Source: an uncultured bacterium
Lineage (GTDB): Bacteria > Fidelibacterota > Marinisomatia > Marinisomatales > TCS56
Direction of reading: 5' to 3'
Assembly (NCBI GenBank): GCA_964628055.1
Contig: CAZVNL010000003.1
Coordinates: 1,795-65,794 of the forward strand
DNA: 64,000 bases
The notes under the pieces were generated by a model, which was not told the origin of the DNA, searched no databases, and worked only from the letters and a program-made list of their open reading frames with translations. The first letter of the stretch is position 1. Each line of letters opens with the position of its first letter. Shown piece by piece: positions 39,973-49,832 of the stretch. The translations under genes were made by a program, and so were the position numbers.

Positions 39973-40008
39973 GCAGAGTAGCAATTGGCCAAACAATTGC
40001 TACTCTGC
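39973..40008. repeat. 15-bp perfect inverted repeat (hairpin or palindromic operator)
   Basis: GCAGAGTAGCAATTG-GCCAAA-CAATTGCTACTCTGC, read directly. It lies 92 nt downstream of the lipoprotein stop and about 105 nt upstream of the TPR/HTH start. No flanking U-tract on either strand. Confidence 0.6.
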
Positions 40009-40099
40009 CGCTTGATTTAGCGATTTTCTACCTATTTTGTGATGACCTAATTTTTCTAAACTTCTCTTTAACTATCAATCCTTATTTAAAAAAAATTAT

Positions 40100-40639
40100 T
40101 CAATTATTATCGCCACCACCACCTATTCCCACGGGGCCCGTTGTTTCTACATCGGTGCTTCCGTTTTCACCGGTGGCAACTGCCTGGGTGGTTACCGTTT
40201 GCGTTGTAGAAACTGCAACCCAAGTATTGTTCGCATCTAAGTAGGTCGTGTTTACGGGGTCGATTAGCGTTACGGTTTGTAACCCACTAAAGGTCAAAGT
40301 GCTATTAGCAAAAAGGGTGGTGGTGAAAACATTTCCGTAAGCGTTATCAATCCATGTACCACCAGGAAGTTGCTCTCCCCCTTGGGCCAAGTATACATTC
40401 GTTGAATCGGTCTGCAAACCATACACCGTACCGTCACTGGGGTTGCTTTCTAATTCAGCATCAGGATTGGCTCCCTTAGCACGAATTCCTTTAGGTGCAT
40501 TTAAGATAAAGGGGGCCGGTCCTCTTTTTACCTGTATTCCATGGTAAACGATTACACCCCCCGCCTGCGTTATAGGTTGGTCACAACCCACCACCAATAG
40601 AAACGCCAAACTGAGAACTAACAAGACGAGCTTTTTCAT
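40100..40639 (-). CDS. hypothetical lipoprotein
   Basis: 179 aa. Signal peptide plus lipobox (LLVVGCDQ), a Thr/Asn-rich body and a Gly-rich tail (GPVGIGGGGDNN). AGGAGG RBS 6-11 nt upstream of the ATG. Confidence 0.6.
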   Translation of the reverse strand: MKKLVLLVLSLAFLLVVGCDQPITQAGGVIVYHGIQVKRGPAPFILNAPKGIRAKGANPDAELESNPSDGTVYGLQTDSTNVYLAQGGEQLPGGTWIDNAYGNVFTTTLFANSTLTFSGLQTVTLIDPVNTTYLDANNTWVAVSTTQTVTTQAVATGENGSTDVETTGPVGIGGGGDNN

Positions 40640-40674
40640 TACTACCTCCTACTTTTTATCAATATCCAATAATA

Positions 40675-40703
40675 AATGTACAACTAAATAATTACAGTGT
40701 CAA
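40675..40703 (-). promoter_or_regulatory. candidate sigma-70-type promoter for the lipoprotein gene
   Basis: On the minus strand, TTGACA (40703..40698), a 17-nt spacer and TACATT (40680..40675), about 35 nt upstream of the ATG. It lies in an AT-rich region, so a chance match is possible. Confidence 0.3.
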
Positions 40704-40837
40704 TATGTATCATAAAAAAATATAAAACTATTATATTTCTATTGTTTTTTATCATTAATGTATGTAATATAATCGTCGTAAATTTGTTATAGAAATATCC
40801 AAGATAATGTTCCCAAAAAGCGATTGGTAAACCAACA

Positions 40838-41296
40838 TTGAACTCCCAAAAAGATAAAAAGCGAGGCTCACAACAGATCCCCAACAACGTCTCTTTTAAT
40901 AGACTTAGCCAACGACCAGTCGTCTTGGTTGTAGAGGACCAACCACCCGCACGGAAATACCTCCTCTTCCTGCTAAAACATTTAAGCTTAAATCCTTTGG
41001 TTGCTGAAACAGGAGAAAAGGCATTAGATATTCTCGAAAATCAACCTGTGGATTGTATTTTACTGGATATTTCCCTGGGGGCTGGTATGAGCGGTCTGGC
41101 CCTCATGAAAATGCTTCGGAAGAAAAAGCCATTCCAGACAACTCCTATGATTGCGGTAACAACTTACGAAAAGAAAAATTTATTAAACGGTGCCGTTAAG
41201 GGTTTTACCGACTACTTGCAAAAACCGTATCTGCTTCAGGACTTAGAAAACATCCTGAAAAAACATTCCATAACCCCTAAACCTTCGGAGCGTTAA
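40838..41296 (+). CDS. single-domain response regulator (CheY-like receiver, no output domain, no adjacent kinase)
   Basis: 152 aa. Acidic pocket VVEDQ, phosphoacceptor ILLDISL, AVTTY and LQKPY. TTG start, so the N-terminus is uncertain. Confidence 0.75.
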   Translation: MNSQKDKKRGSQQIPNNVSFNRLSQRPVVLVVEDQPPARKYLLFLLKHLSLNPLVAETGEKALDILENQPVDCILLDISLGAGMSGLALMKMLRKKKPFQTTPMIAVTTYEKKNLLNGAVKGFTDYLQKPYLLQDLENILKKHSITPKPSER

Positions 41297-41368
41297 AAAC
41301 CTACGTCTACAGTAACGTGTAAACTAACAATACGCTAGGTGATTGTGTCCTTTAACTGGTATATCGAA

Positions 41369-41410
41369 CCTCCCAGATGGGCAGTACACACTCCCTTCTG
41401 GGAGGTTTTT
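41369..41410 (+). terminator. rho-independent terminator
   Basis: CCTCCCAGA / TCTGGGAGG forms a perfect 9-bp stem, extendable by GGG/CCC after one mismatch. TTTTT follows. It lies 72 nt after the receiver-gene stop and between convergent genes. Confidence 0.65.
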
Positions 41411-41465
41411 CATTCTAATTTCATTTAATCCTGCTGTGGTACAGAAAACGTTAATTCACCAGCCC

Positions 41466-42725
41466 TCACTCATAACGTAAGGAATCGATGGGGTCCATTC
41501 GCGCCGCACGCCAAGCCGGGTAAATCCCAAAACCAATTCCGATAAACGAACAAACCACCAAGCCAATGACGGCCCAATCAATGGGGATCACGGCAGGAAT
41601 ATGAAAAGCAACCGCCACCAGATTACCCACGGCAATCCCTAACAAGACACCTGCCAAACCACCAAATTCACTCAAAAATACCGCCTCGGATAAAAATTGA
41701 GCCAAAATATCCCGCCGGTTAGCGCCGATCGCCTTGCGAATACCAATTTCCTTGATGCGCTCGGTGACGGAAACCAGCATAATATTCATTATACCAATCC
41801 CCGCTACCAACAAGGCAATAATACTGATAGCAAAAGCAAAGAGTTTTACTCCATTCGTGAACTGGGCAAATGTATCCAATAATTCGGCGTTGGAAACCAC
41901 CTCAAAGTCATTTTCTTTGTCGGGAGGGACTTTCCGAATGGCTCGTAACAAGCCAATGACTTCATCGCGGGTTTTCTCGTACAACTCAGCCGAAGGTGCC
42001 TCCACGGTTATTCCCAGGGAGGTCCAGCGGCTGGAAAAATATTCTAAAAAGGTGGTGAGCGGTATGAGCACGTAGTTATCCTGGCTTTGGCCAAAGGATT
42101 CTCCTTTTTTCTCGGCAATACCTACAACCCGGAACTTCAAACCTTGAATCGTAATCGTCTTGCCGAGAGGATCTTCAAAGGGGAATAACTGATCCACTGC
42201 ATCCATTCCCAAGACGGCCACCCGGCGAGAATTATCCACGTCTTCGTCGGTAAGATTGCGTCCATCATCGATATATGTATTAAAACTCCTCAAGCTCCCC
42301 TTATCTCCTCCCATGAGGGCCACGTTCTTTTTAGCCTGGCGATCCTTATATTTAATACTCTTGCCAAAAGTTTGCTCGTTGGCACTGATGAGAATGGGGA
42401 GGGTGGCCCGTCGTTTTAGCTCTTCAAATTGGGCGTAGTCAATATTTTTCCGATTCCGATAACGATGCCTCCCTCGACCACCAATTTGGATAGCCGGATA
42501 CTTCTGAATCAAAAAAGTATTGGTGCCAAATACGTTCAGCCCTGTTTGCACGGACGTCTCTAAGGTCCGGATGGCCGTCATTACACCAATGACCGAAAAC
42601 ACGCCGATGGTAATCCCCAACAAGGTCAGGACAGACCGCAGTTTATTATCCCTGATGGCCTCCCAGGCCATACGCAGGCTTTCTTTTAAGGTGTTTTTCA
42701 GGTGACTTCGTTTAGTCTTACTCAT
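41466..42725 (-). CDS. ABC transporter permease (MacB/FtsX-like)
   Basis: 419 aa. N-terminal TM, a large periplasmic MacB_PCD-like domain and a C-terminal FtsX 3-TM bundle. Ends in DPIDSLRYE. Confidence 0.85.
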   Translation of the reverse strand: MSKTKRSHLKNTLKESLRMAWEAIRDNKLRSVLTLLGITIGVFSVIGVMTAIRTLETSVQTGLNVFGTNTFLIQKYPAIQIGGRGRHRYRNRKNIDYAQFEELKRRATLPILISANEQTFGKSIKYKDRQAKKNVALMGGDKGSLRSFNTYIDDGRNLTDEDVDNSRRVAVLGMDAVDQLFPFEDPLGKTITIQGLKFRVVGIAEKKGESFGQSQDNYVLIPLTTFLEYFSSRWTSLGITVEAPSAELYEKTRDEVIGLLRAIRKVPPDKENDFEVVSNAELLDTFAQFTNGVKLFAFAISIIALLVAGIGIMNIMLVSVTERIKEIGIRKAIGANRRDILAQFLSEAVFLSEFGGLAGVLLGIAVGNLVAVAFHIPAVIPIDWAVIGLVVCSFIGIGFGIYPAWRAARMDPIDSLRYE

Positions 42726-43935
42726 AACGCAAGGCTTCGATGGGATGCAGTTTCGCGGCCCGAAAGGAAGGGGCTAACCCGGCAGTTACCCCTACAAGGG
42801 TACTGAGCGCTAAAGATACAAAGGCTAACCAAAGAGGCATACTGGAAGGGAAGACAAATTTCTGAATCAGAACACTGCCTCCATACGCCAAGAGAATACC
42901 CACAATACCCCCAACTAAACAGATAAAGACGGCCTCTAAAAGAAACTGGGCTAAAATGTTCCCCCTGGTAGCACCCACTGCCTTCCGGACACCAATCTCT
43001 CGGGTGCGCTCTTTTACAGACACAAACATGATATTCATAATGCCAATACCTCCCACGACCAACGAAAGGACGGTAATGAAAATGCCGGTTCCCCCAATGG
43101 CTAACTTGATCATGCGATACTGCTGGCGGAAAGCATCCTGTTGATTGATGGCGAAATTATTTTCCTCCTGGGGTCGTAGCCCGCGGATGCGGCGCATGAT
43201 CGCCGTTACTTCATCTTTGGCCTCCGCAATATGTGTGCCATCCACTTTTACGTTCAAACGCATCCAACCCCGCCGGGAAAAAAGACGGGTGAAAGTCCCC
43301 ATAGGAATGATGCCCTGATTATCCAGACTGAAAAGCCCTAAAAATTTACCCTGCTTCTCGATGATGCCAATGACGCGGAACGTGTAATCTCCGATCTTTA
43401 CCTTCTGCTCAAGGGGACTCTCATTTTCAAATAAAGCATCGGCAACATCTTTACCAATGACGATAACCCTGGCGCCAGAACGATCTTCCCCCCGGGTGAA
43501 AAAACGCCCTTGCTCAATATTTATATACGCCGTCTGGAGATAATCGGTCGTGGTTCCAATGATTCGCACATCCAGGGCGGTCTTATCCTCGCGGGTAATA
43601 CTGCTTCCCCGTTGACGCACTGGGGCAACCGCCCGCACATACCGCCCTTGGGCCAATAGTTTATCAGCATACTCCTCACGCATATTGGGGCGGTTGCGGA
43701 CCTCCCACCACTCCTTGTCTCCGAACCACTCATACTTCGCGATGAATAACACGTCACGACCTAAAAAACTCATGCTCTTTTCAAAGGAACGGTCCAGACC
43801 GGTTATGAGGGTCCCCATGAGAGTCACTGCCAGGATCCCAATGATGATCCCCAACGTGGTCAACAGCGCTCGCAGCTTATTTGTGGAGATAGATCCCAAA
43901 GCCATGCGAAACATTTCCCAATACATGTTAGTCAA
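42718..43935 (-). CDS. ABC transporter permease (MacB/FtsX-like), second copy
   Basis: 405 aa with the same architecture. Ends in HPIEALRYE. Overlaps the downstream permease by 8 nt. Confidence 0.85.
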   Translation of the reverse strand: MTNMYWEMFRMALGSISTNKLRALLTTLGIIIGILAVTLMGTLITGLDRSFEKSMSFLGRDVLFIAKYEWFGDKEWWEVRNRPNMREEYADKLLAQGRYVRAVAPVRQRGSSITREDKTALDVRIIGTTTDYLQTAYINIEQGRFFTRGEDRSGARVIVIGKDVADALFENESPLEQKVKIGDYTFRVIGIIEKQGKFLGLFSLDNQGIIPMGTFTRLFSRRGWMRLNVKVDGTHIAEAKDEVTAIMRRIRGLRPQEENNFAINQQDAFRQQYRMIKLAIGGTGIFITVLSLVVGGIGIMNIMFVSVKERTREIGVRKAVGATRGNILAQFLLEAVFICLVGGIVGILLAYGGSVLIQKFVFPSSMPLWLAFVSLALSTLVGVTAGLAPSFRAAKLHPIEALRYE

Positions 43936-44036
43936 TCCCAGCTAAAATAAAACCAAATATCTTCCATCGTACATTTATCCACCTAGACATGTCAACTGTC
44001 TGAATACGAAAAATGGAAAGGATCATTCAAGGGGGT

Positions 44037-44729
44037 TCATTCCCCGGGTTGGCCGTTCTTAGTATCTTCGCTAATCTTACCGTCCAAAAGACGAATGGTA
44101 CGTTTAGCGTGACGGGCAATATGCGGTTCATGGGTTACAACGATTAGAGTATTGCCGGCAGCGTGGAGGGTGTCGAACAGGAGCATGATTTCCTCCCCGC
44201 TTTTCGAATCCAGGTTGCCAGTGGGCTCATCGGCGAGGATGACGGAAGGTTCGGTGACCAGAGCGCGGGCAACGGCTACGCGTTGGCGTTGACCACCGGA
44301 GAGTTCATTCGGTTTATGATGCATTCGGTCGGCTAAGTCAACCTTTCCCAGTGCCTCTTCGGCCCATGCGAGGCGTTCTTCCCGGGGTACATTGGCATAG
44401 ATGAGGGGCAGCTCCACGTTGCGAAGCGCCGTCAAACGTGGTAACAGGTTAAAGGTTTGAAAGACAAAGCCAATCTTTCGGTTACGGATGGACGCCAGTT
44501 GATCATCGGTCATCGCGTGAACCAACTCCCCTTCAAACTCGTAGGTACCCACCGTGGGCACATCCAGACAACCAAGGATATTCATGAGGGTAGATTTGCC
44601 GGAGCCCGAAGGACCCATGACCGAAATGTACTCGTTCCTTTCGATGGTCAAGTCTATTCCCGCCAGGGCGTGTACTTTTTCGGTCCCGACGGTATAAATC
44701 TTTTTTACATTAGATAAGGCAATTAACAC
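44037..44729 (-). CDS. ABC transporter ATP-binding protein (MacB/LolD-type)
   Basis: 230 aa. Walker [10 protein letters not shown], signature [12 protein letters not shown] and Walker [15 protein letters not shown] start. Confidence 0.9.
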   Translation of the reverse strand: MLIALSNVKKIYTVGTEKVHALAGIDLTIERNEYISVMGPSGSGKSTLMNILGCLDVPTVGTYEFEGELVHAMTDDQLASIRNRKIGFVFQTFNLLPRLTALRNVELPLIYANVPREERLAWAEEALGKVDLADRMHHKPNELSGGQRQRVAVARALVTEPSVILADEPTGNLDSKSGEEIMLLFDTLHAAGNTLIVVTHEPHIARHAKRTIRLLDGKISEDTKNGQPGE

Positions 44730-44735
44730 CGGCGA

Positions 44736-46067
44736 CTAAGACTCTTTTTTACGCCGGAAAGGCCGTTCCTCACCCTGCACCGAGATCGGGGAATTATGCT
44801 CCAACTCCCGGCTAATGGCCTTGTAACTACCGGTGATGACTTCGTCCCCCTCTTGAAGACCGCTCAGTACTTCATAATGAGTCTCACTGGAAATGCCCAC
44901 TTTTACCGGACGTATCAAGGCAAATTTGTGTTTCGACGCCTTAGACGTTTTTTCTCCTCCCGCCAGTGTATCGGAGACCACAAACACCACTTCCTCCATT
45001 TTCCGTTGGGGCTTCTTGAAGTTACTAGTTCTGTCCGGGCGGTCTTTGGAATACTTTTTTCCTCGGCGTTCGCGCTTAGCCTTCTTATCCGATTCCGGAG
45101 CCACCTTGTCAGAACCTTCGGGACGGACCGTGAGCGACTGGATGGGGATGGCCAAGACGTCGGGGTGTTTATCGGTAATAATATTCGCCGTGGCGCTCAT
45201 TCCAGGACGCGCCTCCTTCGGTACATCTAACATCCGTATTTTAACCTTGAAATTCGTCACTTGCTCCTGCGTGCCGAAGTTCGTGGTCTCGGCTACGTGG
45301 GCGATATCACTCACTACGCCGTAAAAAATCGTATCCTGGAAAGCGTCGATTTCCACTTCAGCCGTATCCCCTTCAGCCACCGAAACCACATCGTTTTCAT
45401 TAACGTCAACTACAACTTCCATGCGGCTCAGATCGGCGATGATCATGAGCACATCGGCCTGGAACACGGAACCTAAGGCCATTTCACCCACTTCCTTATT
45501 AATCTTGGTAACCACTCCACTCTGCGGGGCCAGGATTTTGGTTTTGGCCAACTCGTCTTCCCGTGACTCCAAGGCCGCCTGGGCCTGTTCTAAGCGGCTT
45601 TCCGCCAACTCGTACTCTGCCGTGATACTCTCCAATTCCTGTTGCGAAGCCAATCCTTTCTCAAAAAGGGATTCCATGCGGACTTTTTCCGCCGCAACCT
45701 TCTTTAAACTGGATTGACTCGACTTCACCGACGAACGGGCCTGCTCCAGCGACGCTTTATACTGCTTTTCATCTAAAGAAATAAGGTGCTGTCCCTGGGT
45801 TACGTAATCACCCTCCTCTACGGTGATATCCGTTATCCACGCGGAGATCGTGGCGCTAATTTTCACCTCCTTCTCTGGCTGCAAGACACCACTGGCATTA
45901 ACCTTGTGGATCACCGTTTGTCGCGTCACTCTCTCCGTTTCCACGGCAATGATATTTTCATCACTCCGCACCAGGTTCACAATCACAATAATCGCCAGGA
46001 TAACTACCACTCCACCAGCGATCCACCAGCGCTTTTTCCTACCGGGTTTTTTCGATGCTTTAACCAA
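44736..46067 (-). CDS. efflux periplasmic adaptor (HlyD/MacA family)
   Basis: 443 aa. N-terminal anchor, lipoyl/barrel-sandwich segments and a coiled-coil hairpin (..[35 protein letters not shown]..). Confidence 0.85.
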   Translation of the reverse strand: MVKASKKPGRKKRWWIAGGVVVILAIIVIVNLVRSDENIIAVETERVTRQTVIHKVNASGVLQPEKEVKISATISAWITDITVEEGDYVTQGQHLISLDEKQYKASLEQARSSVKSSQSSLKKVAAEKVRMESLFEKGLASQQELESITAEYELAESRLEQAQAALESREDELAKTKILAPQSGVVTKINKEVGEMALGSVFQADVLMIIADLSRMEVVVDVNENDVVSVAEGDTAEVEIDAFQDTIFYGVVSDIAHVAETTNFGTQEQVTNFKVKIRMLDVPKEARPGMSATANIITDKHPDVLAIPIQSLTVRPEGSDKVAPESDKKAKRERRGKKYSKDRPDRTSNFKKPQRKMEEVVFVVSDTLAGGEKTSKASKHKFALIRPVKVGISSETHYEVLSGLQEGDEVITGSYKAISRELEHNSPISVQGEERPFRRKKES

Positions 46068-46088
46068 TTTTACTCCGTTAAAAAAGGG

Positions 46089-47423
46089 TTAGTTAAAATC
46101 TTGTTCCAGGGTGCCTAATAATTTCCTCAAACTCGCTTCCTGAATACGGACATCGTACTTTGATGCTATCAAGGAGGACTGAGCACTGATTAACGACACC
46201 TGGGCATCCAATACTTCTAAAATCGTCGCCGCACCGAGGGTGTACCGTTCCTGAACGAGTTTCAAGTCCTCTTCCGCCGAAGTAAGTACCTGTTCGTTAA
46301 TGGGAATAATGTCACGGTAGTTCCTAAGGGCTTCCAGGATAGCTTGTAATTGAACGGTCAAATCCTCTAACTGGGTAATGTATTCCGATTGCGCTTTCAT
46401 CACTGCCAATCGCGCCCGCTGGACCTGGGTCGAAAGCCGATGGCCACTATAAAGGGGAACGGAAAACGTTATCCCAGTGCGCAGCTGCCAATTGTCGCGC
46501 CATTCCCGCAGAAGCGTTGTGGGGTCCTCGGCGCTGGAGGAGTAACTCATGGTACCGGAGAGGCTGGGTAACCGCTGCCCCCAAGTCAACTTATACTCGA
46601 TCTCCGCCGCGGTGACCTGCTCTCGTTTTGCCCGGAGGCTGGGATTCTTTGTCTCCATGACTTGCTGGGCCTCTTCCAGACTGGGCAGCAGCCGTAAAGG
46701 ACGCTCTATGCTCACTATCTCAAATTTCGTTGATGAACCTACCAACCCCATAGCATTTAACAAATCCTGGTAGGCATTGGCCACAGCCGCTTCCTGATTC
46801 AAGACATCCACTTTATACTGTCCCCGGCGAACCTCGGCTTTCAACAAATCTGTTTTCTTCACGGCTCCCAACTCGTACTGCCGCTTAACCAATTCCACTT
46901 GCTGTTCCCCCGATTTAAGACTCAAGCGGGCCACTTCTAACAATTGCTTGGCTTTCAAATAAGTATAGAAGGCTCGATGGACTTCCCAGATGACATTCAA
47001 ACGTACTTGGCGTTCCCGTTGCCGGGCGATTTCGTAATTGTTCTTGGCCTGGGTAATGGTATTCCACCAGATGCCCCCATCGTAAATCGTTTGGGATAAA
47101 GCCAAACCGCCCGACCAGGAAGTGATACTGGAAAACTCTCCTCCGACAGGTTTCTGAGTAACTGGATCCCAACCAAAAGTCCGTGGAGGAAACTGGGACC
47201 GACTCCAACCATTGGACATATTCACACGGGGTAAAATACTACTGTAGGATCCCTTGGTAGCAGCGCGAGCAGACTGCACGTCTAACGTCGCTGCTTGAAG
47301 ATCGCTTCTATTCTGCAAGGCCAGGTGGACACACGCTTCCAGATCGTATACCTGGCTCTTTAAAGGTACCATCCCTACCAGAGAGTAGCCGAGAATTATG
47401 GTGTAAAAGCGTCGTTGATTCAT
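46089..47423 (-). CDS. TolC-family outer membrane efflux protein
   Basis: 444 aa with two OEP repeats showing a coiled-coil heptad pattern. First gene of the adaptor/ABC cluster. Confidence 0.85.
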   Translation of the reverse strand: MNQRRFYTIILGYSLVGMVPLKSQVYDLEACVHLALQNRSDLQAATLDVQSARAATKGSYSSILPRVNMSNGWSRSQFPPRTFGWDPVTQKPVGGEFSSITSWSGGLALSQTIYDGGIWWNTITQAKNNYEIARQRERQVRLNVIWEVHRAFYTYLKAKQLLEVARLSLKSGEQQVELVKRQYELGAVKKTDLLKAEVRRGQYKVDVLNQEAAVANAYQDLLNAMGLVGSSTKFEIVSIERPLRLLPSLEEAQQVMETKNPSLRAKREQVTAAEIEYKLTWGQRLPSLSGTMSYSSSAEDPTTLLREWRDNWQLRTGITFSVPLYSGHRLSTQVQRARLAVMKAQSEYITQLEDLTVQLQAILEALRNYRDIIPINEQVLTSAEEDLKLVQERYTLGAATILEVLDAQVSLISAQSSLIASKYDVRIQEASLRKLLGTLEQDFN

Positions 47424-47426
47424 GAA

Positions 47427-48134
47427 TCAATAGAATAGAGCGCCCAGACCAGCGATGAGGGCGATCTGCAAGACCCAATAGGTTCCTAACGCCAGGAGCA
47501 AGGATTTCGTTCCCTGCCGGTAAATTACGGTCATCCCCATGGCCAGCAATAGAATCCGCCAACCACCAAAAAAGTCCAACCCCGCTAAAAAATAAGACAG
47601 GAAAGAGCCGGGTTCCCCGATTCCCAAAATGCCCAAACCAGTGTAGACCTCGGTGCTACCCCTCATCCACATGATGGGCACTTTAATCGCCAACTCTAAA
47701 ACAGAAACTAAATAAGTGTAAGCTGTAATGGGTAACAGATTATTAAACGACTCTTCTCCGCCGAAAATAAAATTCCCGATCAGGTAAATAATCAAGGTCA
47801 TGAAAACAACACGAAGCGGAAGGGCAAGGGCGTTGACACCCCACATAACGACCTGCTCACCCACGCCTGGATTTTCAAATCGGTCCACCATGTCCAGGAT
47901 ATATTGCTCTTTTTGCTCTTCGGGTATGCGGGAGCTTCCTTCAATGCGTTCTATCGTTTGACTCAATTGCTCATCAAGATAAATATCTTTCATAATGGCC
48001 AGGCTAACTAATCCCACAATCACTAAGAGGACTAAAGGGAATAAACTGTCTTTCCAATCACGCCGACTTGATAAGTCTTCGAACAAATCTTTCGGCGCCA
48101 TGAATAAGTTAATAATGCGCGCTATTGGAGTCAT
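47427..48134 (-). CDS. Yip1-like integral membrane protein
   Basis: 235 aa with about 5 TM helices. N-terminal pattern ..INLFMAPKDLFEDL.. as in Yip1/YIF-domain proteins. Lies 3 nt upstream of tolC. Confidence 0.5.
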   Translation of the reverse strand: MTPIARIINLFMAPKDLFEDLSSRRDWKDSLFPLVLLVIVGLVSLAIMKDIYLDEQLSQTIERIEGSSRIPEEQKEQYILDMVDRFENPGVGEQVVMWGVNALALPLRVVFMTLIIYLIGNFIFGGEESFNNLLPITAYTYLVSVLELAIKVPIMWMRGSTEVYTGLGILGIGEPGSFLSYFLAGLDFFGGWRILLLAMGMTVIYRQGTKSLLLALGTYWVLQIALIAGLGALFY

Positions 48135-48274
48135 GGAATTATTTCCCCCGGGTTAAGGTTTATGAGACAAAATAGAAACCAAAAGGTTGCCAGCCAATTC
48201 GCCCACACCTTTCTCATTTTTAAAGTCAACTCTCTCATTCGGCATTATTGTAGTACACGATAGTATATCGTTTT

Positions 48275-49714
48275 TTATTGGCAATGGGAGGTACGATTTT
48301 GTAAGAATTGATCTTTGATCGTTAAAAGATATTCATACGCCGCTTCGTAGGTATTTTCAATCTCGCCGCCCAGGATGGCTTCTTCGATGGCGGCTTTAAT
48401 TTTCCCCACCAGTTTCCCTTCACCGATTCCACAGACGCGCATAATAACGTCTCCGCGAACTGGAGATTGGAAAGCTTGCATGGCGTCACGTTCCTGAACA
48501 TCCTGCATTTTCCGTTCAACACGTTCGAAGTTACCCATATACTGCTGTACCAACCGTGGGTTTTTACTGGTTATATCAGCTCGACAGAGAGTCATGAGAT
48601 CGTCAATATCATCCCCTGCTGCCACCATAAGCCGGCGGACCGCCGAATCGGTGACCCCTTCTTTGGCCAAAACAATGGGACGCAGGTGGAGTTCAGTCAT
48701 TTTCTTTAAATAATCCCGCAACTCGTTGGGGAGTTTCATCCGCCGGGCGATTTGATCCAGCATCTTAGACCCCACGTAATCATGACCGTAAAATGTGTAA
48801 CCGCGTCGCTGATCAATACGTCGGGTGCGTGGTTTGGCAATATCATGAACCAGGGCGGCAAAGCGTATCTTCATCTTATCCGACAAACGGGCTGCGTTAT
48901 CCACCACCTGGAGGGTGTGGGCGAAAATGTCTTTATGGTGCCACTCGGGAGTCTGCTCCAAACCGTACATGGCATGGATTTCAGGAAAGACAAACCGCAT
49001 GAGTCCCGATTCCTGTAGAATCAGGAGCCCAACAGAAGGTTTAGGTGTTTGCAAGATCTTCGTAAACTCGACAGTAATCCGTTCCTGGGAGACGATGGTA
49101 ATGCGATGCGCCTGATGAACCATAGCCGTCAGGCAGCCTGGACTCAGGGTAAAGCGCAACTCCGAGGTAAAATAGGCAGCCCGTAACATGCGCAGCGGAT
49201 CTTCGGCAAACGTCTCTTCCGGGTTGAGGGGAGTGACCAACAACTGCTTCCGGAGATCGGCAATCCCCCCGTGAGGATCATACAAATTCCCGAAGTGCTC
49301 CGGGCGTATGTCCATGGCCATGGCATTAATGGTAAAATCACGCCGGAGCAGATCCCCTTCTAAATCCGTGTAACGAACAGTGGTAGGTTTACGGGAGTCT
49401 GGCTGGTACGTCTCCTTACGTGCTGCAGCTACTTCTACAGCCAAGGGTTTACAAGGAATTTTGGCCGTGGAAAACTTGGGGAAAGGAATAATCTTTTTAA
49501 CTCCCAATTCACGGGCTAACGCCTGGGCAAATTCAATCCCATCGCCTACCACCATTAAGTCCACCTCTTTCAAAGGTCGTTGCAGGAAAAGATCCCGGAC
49601 AAAGCCCCCTACAACATACACTTCTTGACCCCGGCGGGCAGCCACTGCGCTCACCTGTTGCAACAAGGCGGCACACCGGGTATGGGGTTGGAGCAAATCC
49701 TTAATGTTGGTCAT
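48275..49714 (-). CDS. cca: CCA tRNA nucleotidyltransferase / poly(A) polymerase family protein with an HD domain
   Basis: Pol-beta NT motifs GGFVRD and DLMVV, RRDFTINA, and an HD domain (HDIAKP). ATG 49714 is preferred over the track's TTG 49753. Confidence 0.85.
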   Translation of the reverse strand: MTNIKDLLQPHTRCAALLQQVSAVAARRGQEVYVVGGFVRDLFLQRPLKEVDLMVVGDGIEFAQALARELGVKKIIPFPKFSTAKIPCKPLAVEVAAARKETYQPDSRKPTTVRYTDLEGDLLRRDFTINAMAMDIRPEHFGNLYDPHGGIADLRKQLLVTPLNPEETFAEDPLRMLRAAYFTSELRFTLSPGCLTAMVHQAHRITIVSQERITVEFTKILQTPKPSVGLLILQESGLMRFVFPEIHAMYGLEQTPEWHHKDIFAHTLQVVDNAARLSDKMKIRFAALVHDIAKPRTRRIDQRRGYTFYGHDYVGSKMLDQIARRMKLPNELRDYLKKMTELHLRPIVLAKEGVTDSAVRRLMVAAGDDIDDLMTLCRADITSKNPRLVQQYMGNFERVERKMQDVQERDAMQAFQSPVRGDVIMRVCGIGEGKLVGKIKAAIEEAILGGEIENTYEAAYEYLLTIKDQFLQNRTSHCQ

Positions 49715-49832
49715 AGCGTAAATTACAAACCGTGATACATTACGAAAGTTCAAAACTTAAGTAAAGCACTCAAATGATTATCATTATCATCATTTAACTT
49801 GCTCCGGTAAAAGGGCTAAGCATAGTTTCCAT

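Noticed and set aside
40661-40802. 9-mer direct repeat AATATCCAA at 40661..40669 and 40794..40802, flanking the divergent promoter region
   Set aside because: In a 200-bp stretch this AT-rich, a single 9-mer repeat is roughly expected by chance.
43226-43240. Perfect TGGCAC-N5-TTGC on the minus strand (GCAA-TATGT-GTGCCA on plus)
   Set aside because: It lies inside the FtsX permease coding sequence, co-oriented, with no intergenic context. It is most likely a chance match, although an internal promoter cannot be excluded.
48178-48192. TGGCAAC-CTTT-TGGT (minus strand) upstream of the Yip1/TolC operon as a sigma-54 promoter
   Set aside because: The -12 element is TGGT/TTGG rather than TTGC, and the spacing does not fit GG-N10-GC.
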